This document shows, one piece after another, positions 1-9,629 of a stretch of 64,000 bases of DNA. The stretch lies in contig NW_003314400.1 in NCBI RefSeq assembly GCF_000143415.4, positions 124,001 to 188,000 on the forward strand, read 5' to 3'. This DNA is from Selaginella moellendorffii. Its lineage: Eukaryota; Plantae; Lycopodiophyta. The notes under the pieces are model-generated. The model was not told the origin of the DNA. It made no database searches and saw only the letters and a program-made list of their open reading frames with translations. Made by a program: the position numbers and the translations under genes. The first letter of the stretch is position 1, and every line of letters starts with the position of its first letter.

Positions 1-442
1 AAGGTGCTGTCAATTGAGCAAATGCAATAAGGAACATGGAGTTAAGAGATTCAAAACTTGCATATTGCGAGCACTTGCTTGCACTCTTCTGAGAGCTATT
101 GGTGTTGCTTTTGGTAGACCTATTTTGGAGTGGAGTGAAGTGCCTAAAAATCCCTTTCCTCTGCCTCCCCTCCCTGAGAGTGAGTGGAATCTAATCAAGA
201 GAGTTTTAAACTATTTAAAAGACTTTTAAAGTACTTAAAGAATTATTGAAATTTTTTTGAGTGTAGATGAAGTTCTTTTTAAGGGTATTGGGACAATGAA
301 AATAGTGTCCAAAGAATACAGAAGGCGCTATCGATTGAGCAAACATGGTAAGGAACATAGAGTTAAGAGATTCAAGACTCACATATTGCGAGCACTTGCT
401 TGTGCTCTTCTAAAAGCTATTGGTGCTGCTTTTGGTAGACCT

Positions 443-3400
443 TTGGCAAGTCAGAGGAACAAATCCTCTAGTTGAAGTTACTAACTTTAAAAGGGGTGGC
501 TTATAGGGCCAAGCATGGAAGAGTCTATGCATGATCACAGATTTGTCAGGTGAAAGGACTTAGTAGTGCGGAGGAACTACATTCTTAAGCTGTGATTTAT
601 AGCGCGCTTTAAGTATAAATTAGTTTACTGGTGTAGGGAGTCACGCCAGGCATCCTGTGTAATGCCGTCCGTAGATGCATATACGGAGGTTGGGTTCAAG
701 TCCTGACCCTCTAGTGCTTAGGTTCGAGTCTCAACTCACTAGGGCGTAATGATGATTTGGAATATGAGGACACTCATTTTTCAGTGGTCATAGACTCTTA
801 GTAAGGAGACTGGCTTGGGCACACCGCCAAGCGGGGGATGCCCCGGAGTCGTGATGCATGGTTAAATTGCTAAGTGTGAAAACTTAACATATCTAACTTA
901 AACACTTTGGTGCAATTGATACCAAGGACGTGGTGAATGAGATGGGGACACCCAATCTTAGTTGTTATGGACCCTTGGCTAGAAGGGTTAGCTTGGGCAT
1001 ACCACCAAATGTGGGGGATGCCCCCGGGGTCATGGTCAACAACTTAAAGGTGTAAGCAATTCGAGAGATGATCCGTTGGGGTTCAAATACAGAAGGAAAG
1101 GGCCTATAAACAAGAGTGCACCCTCTTTTCCAATCGGTTAAGGGTCTTGGGATATTTGGGATTAAGCGTCCTTGGGTTTGAATAGTACTGGGCTGGGTGA
1201 CCTCTTGGGAAGTCCAAATTCAGGAGTTTACATTTGGTATCAGAGGGGTCTCAGGTTTGACTCTGTTGGTTGGCTAGGGGAATCATACCATATGTTAATT
1301 GACATCTGGTAGGTCCAGTTTGCTCCCACTGGGCTTGACGACTCGAGGGGTAGGGTCTCAAGAGAGTGGGGCTCTCGGGAGAGCTGCGGCTCCTAGCTTC
1401 CGTTCATAAGGGCATGAACTTACAAGGAAGCGTGGTGAATTGTAAGCAACCAAAGGGAACAACTCGAGAGATGATCCGTTGGGGTTCAAATATAAAGGGA
1501 AAGGGCCCATAAACAAGAGTGCACCCCTTTTTCCAATCGGTTAAGGGTCTTGGGATATTTGGGGTTAAGTGTCCTTGGGTTAATGTTAATGGTGTGGCTT
1601 GGTTAAGGGTTGGGTGACCTAATGTTAATGTTAATGGTGTGGCTTGGTTAAGGTGACCAAGTGGGAAGAACATTTAAGGGCAATGTGATGGCATAGTGAG
1701 TCCAAAGAAAGTAGTCTTTATAAGAGACCCATAGGAGGGTTACAAAGTTGGGCTATGGATGGGGTCTATAGCAGAAAATGCTAAAAAGACCTACTAGGGG
1801 TGAGCACCTTTTGGATTTGGCAAAGTGGAGTTTTTGCCATGGAACCAAAAGAATACCTCAAGGATGAAGGTAGTGATCTTATGTTACTTAGAACAACAAT
1901 TAATGGATAGGAGCAAAAAACTAGTGGCTAAGAAAAGAGCCATGGGAATCATGGGATAAAACCCAAGTGGCAAAGTTAAGCCAAGAACACTAATATGGTA
2001 AATGCTAACAGATTGTGGGAAGGCAATGTGTTTCCAAGGATGGATTCCCAATTGTTCCAATTTGGCGAAGGTGGAAGCTCCAAGGGAGGGAGCAATAAGG
2101 TAACCAAATGATAGGGCCGTGAACAACCCTAACACAAATTATGATAACTGGAATTTAGTGCCAAAGGTGGCACAAAGTAGAAAAAAGGATGATAGTGCCA
2201 TCAAGTAGAGAACTTCCTAGGATAGGGAAGTGGAGTTGCACAAAATGTGCAATGCAAGGTGTCGGAAACACTTAGGAAATTAACTCCGAGAAGTCAAAAT
2301 TAAAAGTTCCAAAGTGCAAAGGTTATATCAATGGAAACTGAGACTACTCGAGAATGATAGTGGGATTGAGATAGAAAAGGTGTCTCTAACAAGTTTAGTG
2401 AAAACTAAACTAATAAAAGAAAAGAACCACCACAAGTGATCAAATGAGTCTCTAAGTTGAAGAGACTATGCTCCTTACTTTTGGCATCAAACCGTTGACA
2501 AATATTGACTAAGTGCTAAGGATGGAGAAGGTAATACATGCTAGTATTACTTTATGAAATAGTTTGTCATTCAATAAGGACATCGAACTTTGTATGGGTG
2601 GTGGAGTTGTGAGACACAAAATCCCTAGGCCCCAAAGGGGAGCCAAAACGGTGCCACGTGGTAGTGGCGGAGGCAAAAGCTAAATGAGCGTAACACATTT
2701 GGACTAAAAGCTCTGACTCGAAAAGTTGAGAGTGGGAGTGGAACTCCCAACGAAACGAGCACGAAGAAAGCATTAAGTGAGTCTCTAAAAAAGGGACATA
2801 AGAGGACTAGCATATGACACATGGAAGTGTTCGAGATGGAGTCCGAGATGGAATCAAGACCGAGATTGAGACCAAGACAGAGTCTGAGTCCGAAACCGAG
2901 ACCGAGTCTGAGTCCAAGTCCAAGTCTAAGTCCAAATACTAATACAAACTGTTGGGTGAAAGCCCAAAGAGATCGTCCCCCAAGGGGGGGGGGGGTAAGG
3001 GGGGGGGGGTAAGGGGGGGGGGGCAAGTGGCTATAGGGGCTTCCAAAAGTATAGTAGGGAGAGTATAAGGGTTGGAACCTAGTGGAGTCAATTTGGCCAA
3101 GAAAGGCTAGTTTGGCCCAGGAAAACTATACCCAGGTGTTGGGTGATGAGTTGACCACTGGGAAGTCCAAGATTAGAGTGAATACAGACCAACAAGCGGG
3201 GTAGCTTGGTGAAGTGTTCAAGAGCCGGCTCTAGTTCCCCTAGGAGATCGAATGGTTAATGCTCCCAGTTCAAGGGTAGGTGGCACTACCTGCTTGGATA
3301 CCTGGCATGGCTCAATGGAACCTCGCTCTAAGCCCATGGCTAGAGCACCCAAAGGCAAAAGGTGGGGAGAGTACCCACGAGGCTCACGAAGGGCCACGGT

Positions 3401-3772
3401 GTTCCGAAATGTTGTCCTAGAATCTCGAATGGTGGAAAGGAAGAAGAGCAATCCTCTGGTGTAGTGACCAAGGATGCGGTCATATGACAAGGAGGTCTTG
3501 GAGAACAAAGGGACCTAATGGTCAAGCTTGTAAGCCTTGATCTAGTGGCAGTGTTAGCGAACACAACCATGGACAGAAAGGGACTTGGTGGGGACCGAAA
3601 AAGGGATATTGAGGAAGGCTATTCCCCATGCCTGTAGGCATCTTAAGGATGCTAAGGGGTGGATCTAAGATGATCACTCATGGACGGATGGCCCAATTTT
3701 TTAGAGACAGGACTATGATATAGGTGGTGTGGTTAAATGACTAATGTAGAATGGAAAAATTAGTCAGTGACA
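443..3772 (+). mobile_element. Older, 5'-truncated copy of the non-autonomous LTR element (internal region 443-2607, 3' LTR 2608-3772)
   Basis: 443-1050 aligns to ~9781-10388 and ~1590-2607 aligns to ~10530-11592. PPT ATGGGTGGTGGAGT is followed by TGTGAGACAC at 2608. The LTR ends ...TTAGTCAGTGACA at 3772 and is shorter and diverged relative to the 1.7-kb LTRs. Confidence 0.85.
1051..1581 (+). mobile_element. Cassandra-type TRIM, 3'-truncated, nested in the older LTR element
   Basis: LTR1 1051-1232 (TGTAAGC...TTTACA) contains the 5S-like TTAAGCGTCCTTGGGTTTGAATAGTACTGGGCTGGGTGACCTCTTGGGAAGTCC. PBS TGGTATCAGAG at 1235-1245. Internal region ~210 bp. LTR2 starts at 1441 (TGTAAGCAACC) and breaks off near 1581. 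Confidence 0.88.
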
Positions 3773-5155
3773 GCCAAGTATGCTATCACGGGAGAGGGCA
3801 GCAATGAGTGCAGCAGCCACGCTAGGTATGCTATCGCAGGAGAAGGTAGTAGCAGCAGCAACATCGGCAGCAATAGCTGCAACAGCTGCCGGAGCAGTAG
3901 CAGCAGTAGTAGCAGTAGCCTTCATTAGAGGTCACAGGTTCGATGCTTTCATGAGAAGGAATTACCAAAACTACGCAACCCTAAGATTAACAGCCGCCCT
4001 CTTTCTTTATTGTTTAGGGTTTTTTAGTTGTCTTGGTTGTTATGACTTATTCCAAAGAATACAAAAGGCATTATCAATTGAGTAGATGCGGTAAGGAGCA
4101 TAGAGTTAAGAGATTCAAGACTCGCATACTATGAGCACTTCCTTGCGCTGCTCATGCTGCTTGCGTTCTTCTAAGAGCTATTGGTGTTGCTTTCGGTAGA
4201 CCTATTTTGGAGTGGAGCAAAGTGCCTAAAAATCCCTTTCCTCTGCCTCCCCTATCTGAGAGTGAGCAAAATCTAATTAAGAGAGTTTTAAACTACATAA
4301 AGAACTTTTAAACTACTTAAAGAACGATCGAAATTTTTCTAAGTGTAGATGAAGTTGTTTTCGAGGGTATTGGGACAATGAAAATAGTGTCCCTTTTCAA
4401 AGTGGAGAGACAGTGATATACCCATTAGAGAGGATTGATGGGGAAAGATTTGAAAAATTACTTCAAGAGTTGAAATCTGGAGATCTGTTTGCTTCGGGAT
4501 TTCCTACCCATGATGGTGAGCCTCTCATCTATCGAATGTTGCTGGAACATGGCCGCCACCTAATCTTTGTCCAAATAAGAACATTGCAACTATATAGCTT
4601 CATTTTGGTTTCTGACACATATGTTTCCGTATGTGGTGATCAATTGACCAGATTGATAAATAAACTCCTCAATGAATAGTGTGGGAATAATGATTTTCAA
4701 AAGTTAGAATACTATTTAGGAAATGGTGGCAGGAAAGTAGATATTCTTTAGTGAGTGCAAGCGAGGCAGCAGTAGCAACCAGCGCAGCAGCATCAACAAT
4801 AGCAGCCGCACAGTTGGCAAAGTAGTAGCAGTAGCAGCAGTAGTAGTAGCCGGCACAGCAGCCACGCCAGGTATGCTATTGTGGGAGAGGGCACCAGCAG
4901 CCACAGTAAATGGCAGAGCAGGAGCTGCAACAACCAAGGAAGCAGCCGATGCAGCAGCCATGCCAGGTATGCTGTCGCAGGAGAGGGCAACAACAATAGT
5001 AGCATCAGCAGTAGCTGCCGCAGCAGGAGCAGCAGTAGCAACAACCCTCGTTAGAGGTTGTGGGTTCGATGCTTGCATGAGAAAGAATTACCGAAACCAC
5101 ACATCCCTAAGATCAACAGCCACCATTCAAGTGCATTGGACTAGGGGTAAGTAAT

Positions 5156-5378
5156 GAAGAGCACTCCACAAACAAGAGACGGGTCAAGGAGTTGGAGGCT
5201 ACGGCCACAATTCGTGAGAAAGAGGTAGAAACGTGAAGAGCTCATTCACTCACTTTCGTGACTCGGGAAAATCTTGCAGGTATTTATGCTGAACACGAAG
5301 CTAGCTCAAGCCGAGAGTATGACTTACGACATTGTGAGGGATTTACTAGAAGTCAAGCACAACATTGCAAGCTTCGCA
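5156..5378 (+). pseudogene. Captured two-exon fragment of a kinesin-12 (POK-like) C-terminal coiled-coil region
   Basis: Exon EEHSTNKRRVKELEATATIREKE, GT..AG intron 5225-5279, exon VFMLNTKLAQAESMTYDIVRDLLEVKHNIASFA, then GT. Resembles the remembered POK1/2 tail motif EIFMLNARLAAAESMTHDVIRDLLGVK. Confidence 0.65.
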
Positions 5379-5784
5379 GTAAGGATTTTTTCTTTATTGT
5401 TTAGGGTTTTTTAGTGTTTTAGGTTGTTATGGCTTATTCCAAAGAATACAGAAGGCGCTATTGATTAAGCAAATGTGGTAAGGAACATAGAGTTAAAAAA
5501 TTCAAGACTCGCATACTGTAGGCACTTGCTCGCGTTGCTCGCACTCTTTTAAGAGCTATTGGTGCTACTTTCCTTAGACCTATTTTGGAGTGGAGCGAAG
5601 TGCCTAAAAATCCCTTTCCTCTACCTCCCTTCCTTGAGAGCGAGCGGAATATAATTGAGAGAATTTTAAAGTACATAAAAAACTTTTAAACTACTTAAAG
5701 AATGGTCAAAAATTTTCTAAATGTAGATGAAGTTGTTTTTAGTTGTATTAGGAGAATGAAAATAGTGTCCCTTTTCAAAGTAGA

Positions 5785-7481
5785 TGTGAGACACAAAATC
5801 CCTAGGCCCCAAAGTGGAGCCGGAAGGGCGCCACATGGTAGTGGCCGAAGCGAGAGCCAAACGAGCGTAACACGTTTGGACCAAAAGCTCCGACTTGAAA
5901 AGTCAAGAGCGGGAGTGGAACTCCCAATGAAGTGCTTGAGGAACGAGCACGAAGCGAGCAAAAGGCGAGGCTCCAAAAAGGGACCCAAAAGGACCAACAC
6001 ATGACATGTGGGAGTGTCCGAGATGGACCCGAGTTGGAGTCCGAAGTGGAGTCCGAGATGGACCCGAGATGGAGTCCGAAGTGGAGTCCGAGGTGGACCC
6101 GAGATGGACCCGAGTTGGAGTCCGAAGTGGAGTCCGAGATGGACCCGAGATGGAGTCCGAGATGGAGTCCGAGATGGAGTCCGAGGTGGACCCAAGATGG
6201 ACCCGAAATGGAGTCCGAGATGGAGTCCGAGATGGACCCGAGATGGAGTCCAAGATGGAGTCCGAGATGGACCCGAGATGGACCCGAGATGGAGTCCGAG
6301 ATGGAGTCCGAGATGGAGTCCGAGATGGAGTCCGAAGTCGAGACCGAGACCGGGACCGAGACCGAGACCGAGACCGAGATCGGGACCGAGACCGAGGCCG
6401 AGGCCGAGGCCGAGACCGAGCCCGAGCCCGAGTCCGAGTCCGAATCCGAGTCCGAGTCCGAGTCCGAGTCCGAGTCCGGAGCCTGAGAGGGTGAAAGCCC
6501 AAAGCGTTCGTCTCCCAGACCCTGGGGGGTTTGGTGAGCTCCAAAAGTATAGTAGGGGGAGGACTGCAGTGGAGCCAGTTTGGCCAGGAAAGGCCAGTTT
6601 GGCCCAGGAAGGCCGGACCCAGTGTTGGGTGATGAGCTGCCCACTGGGAAGTCCAAGACTAGAGTGAACACAGACCGACAAGCGGGGTAGCTTGGTGAAG
6701 TGTTCAAGAGCCGGCTCTAGTTCCCCCGGGAGATCGACTGGCCGATGCTCCCAGTCCAAGTGTGGGTGGCACTACCTACTTGGATACCTAGTGTGGCTCA
6801 ATGGAACCCGCTCTAAGCCCATGGCTAGAGCACCCAAGGGCAGAAGGCGAGGAGAGTACCCAGGTGGCTCGCGTAAGGCCACGGTGTTCCGAAATGTTGT
6901 CCCAAAGGCCCAGACTGTGGAAAGGAAGAGGAGCAGTCCTCTGGGGTAGTGACCAAGGACACAGTCGTGTGGTGAGGAAGTCCCAGAGGACCGTGGGACT
7001 TAGTGGTCGGGCCTGTGGGTCTCGATCCAGTGGCAGTGTTGGCCAACATGGCCAGGGGCAGAAAGGGACTTAGTGGGGACTGACAGAGGGATATTAGGGA
7101 AGGCTATTCCCCTTGTCGGTGGGCATCCTAAGGATGCTAAGGAGTGGATCTGAGATGACCACTCACGGAAGGTTTGCCTAGTCTTGGAGAGCCAAGACGG
7201 TGATGCAAGTGGTATTGGACTACCAGTGTGGCAAAGGTGATTGGGCATGGCCTTAGCGTAACGGGCTGCTATGTCGGTGGTACCTTTGAGTGTCGGTCAT
7301 GGGATCGGACACGTGGAGCACTTGGACCAAGTGCAAATGTTGAGTGGCATGGATGCCATTCTCGGGGCTAGCAAGTCCCAAGTCCTGGATTGGACTTATG
7401 GAGGTTGTGAATGAGACTCCTCCAAGTGGTCAGAGGTGTGGTTAAGTGACTAAAGTAGAATGGAAAATTTAGTCGCTTACA
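5785..7481 (+). repeat. 5' LTR (1697 bp) with internal 11/12-bp and 6-bp tandem repeat array (~6015-6480)
   Basis: Direct repeat of 11593-13307. Array units GAGATGGAGTCC / GAGATGGACCC, then (GAGACC)n, (GAGGCC)n, (GAGCCC)n, (GAGTCC)n. Confidence 0.95.
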
Positions 7482-7484
7482 ATT

Positions 7485-7496
7485 TGGTATCGGAGC
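7485..7496 (+). promoter_or_regulatory. Primer-binding site for tRNA-iMet
   Basis: TGGTATCGGAGC lies 3 nt after the LTR end; one mismatch (G:U-compatible) to the canonical TGGTATCAGAGC. Confidence 0.9.
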
Positions 7497-9602
7497 TGTT
7501 CCTTAGTCCGACTTTTATTGGTGCTCAAGTATATCACCACTGGTGTTGGCATCGGAAGGTCCGAGGAGTGGGCCTATCCTTGAGGAGTAGCAAGTCGGGA
7601 AGACATGGCTCTCCATTATAGTTCATGTGTGAACTTGTAGACAAGGTGGTGGATAGAAAAGGGCCAATAATGGAACGACTTTGGGATCTTGGGAACAGTA
7701 TATGGTTTTCCTCAAAGAGTTGAGGATGTGATCCAGATGAGCGTTTGACTTAGCAAACTGGCTAATGTAGTTGTGGTAAACAACTACAGTTGGGATCATG
7801 GGAAAGATAAAGACTCCAAACCAATAAAGGAGTCACAAGATTTTCCTCATATAGTTGAGGTTGGTGCTCATGAATGTGAGACCAGAAGTAATGACCGTGG
7901 GTTGTAAAATACGGAAGAGGACTTGAGTCCTTGAAAAGGTAGCCGGGGCTACCTCTAATAAATGTTGGAACAACCCAAGGAGTTGGGGGTGTATTAAGTG
8001 GATGAGTTGGTGTTCTCATCACATGGACAATTAGTCCTAAGGGGCAAAGGTTGCCCCCAGAGAACAAAATCAAGTGTCGGAGTAACACTTGTGAAAATAG
8101 TCCTTTTGAGTAGGACAGGAATGCAAGAAGTGTATGCCAGTGAGCTAGTGCCTCACAAGTAAGCCCTTACGGGTCTGTGGATTAACCAAGTCCAAAATTG
8201 CTGGATGACTCAAGTAGAGTCAACGGATGGTCCTAAAAGGACTGATGGAAGCATTTGGACTAAGGTGTGGTATACCCCACAAAGGATGGGGGGGGATCAT
8301 AGGATCCAAGGATGAGAACAGAGGGTATCTCATCGATGGCAAAATGTGCCATGCTAAAGTTATGGGAAAGGTGTTCCCAGAAGAAAACAACTTTGACATA
8401 AAGTTGTGTGTGACTTCTATGGTGCAGTGCTAACAGATGGTTGGCATGAGAAAGAGCGGTGTTGGTCTTGGCAAAGACTTAGACACGAAGGGGAAATGTC
8501 ATAGAGGTAGGCTCGTGGAGCCAATGGTGTGGAGACACCAAATGTGCCAAGGTGTGATACCTTGAGGCTATGTTGGTGGGTTCATGAGAACCCCTTGCCA
8601 AAGGAATCCCAATGGAAATGGGAATAGCATAGCCTAAGTTGCAGAGCATGCAGTTGGAGTGTGGTGACCCAGATAATGATGGAGGTGTGAAAGCACCAAG
8701 CAATGAGTTGTAGGACTTGACAACTATGAGGCAACTAAGCAAGAGGTGCAAAATAACTGGTTAAACGGGTAGAAGGTAGCTACCCAAGACTTCTTAATAG
8801 TATAGGGAAGTTGGATATACCCTTACGGGGGATAAGTTGCTTGTGTTGCGATATAGTAAGTCAATGTCATAAAAGGAAATACTCATTGTCAAGAAAGCCA
8901 TCATTGGGACACCCGAACACTCTAGAACACCAAAAGGTGGTGTTTGATGTCGCGAGGGCAATGGATAAAGCCCAAGGGACTAAGTCCCTAGCGAATGATG
9001 GATAGAAGGTGCTATCCAAATGTCCAAGGTTGCGGAGACAGGAGAGGACTGTCTACCCGAGTTGGACAAAGCCAAAAATGGAATTTTGGCAAGGCTAGTG
9101 ATGGGCATGTAAAGGCCCATAAGCAACAATGTAATCCCAGTGTGTGGGATTATAAGGTGAGCATACCCGGATTGAGGAACCACTCCCTCGGCTATTGAGT
9201 AGGTTCATCCCTAAGAATACTTGCTAAAGCATGATAGAAAGTGCAAAGCTATCCTCCTGGTCTGGAGGAGAATGACCAAAGGAAAGGTGTGAAGCCAAAA
9301 AGCAAGAAGTAAGGGGATAGAACCGAACCGTAGGAATCAAAGGGCATAACCAAGGTTGGTTATGCCAGCTGGGAGTGGAGAATCAAGTGGGGGCTCGAGG
9401 GTGTTGCCGCTAGCAACCGTGATGCCATGGAGAGTCTAAAATATGGAATTGTTCATGTTAGACTATGTGGCATTTGGAAGGCTTGCAAAAAGGGAGGCCT
9501 TAGCAAGCTGAGGGACAGAGTTCCTTCAAGGTTCCCAAAGACGATTCTGGGTAGCTTAGTACCTAGAAAGGCCAAGTGTAAATGGTTCATGGAACGCGCG
9601 AA

Positions 9603-9629
9603 ATCAGAGTGGCGCAGCAGAAGCGTGGT
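9603..9629 (+). other. Sense-orientation 5' fragment of tRNA-iMet inside the element
   Basis: ATCAGAGTGGCGCAGCAGAAGCGTGGT versus the plant tRNA-iMet 5' end ATCAGAGTGGCGCAGCGGAAGCGTGGT recalled from memory (26/27 identical). Confidence 0.8.

Noticed and set aside
4716-5154. Ala/Leu-rich ORFs (also 13506-13951 and 14712-15062)
   Set aside because: Translations of GCA-rich microsatellite-like sequence in the tandem unit.
6015-6480. CRISPR-like appearance of regular short repeats
   Set aside because: Head-to-tail units without unique spacers, no cas genes, eukaryotic context.
5695-6759. Long ORFs in up to six frames (SR/RP/ES/GL repeats), also at 11530-12585
   Set aside because: By-products of the stop-free LTR minisatellite; no protein family signature.
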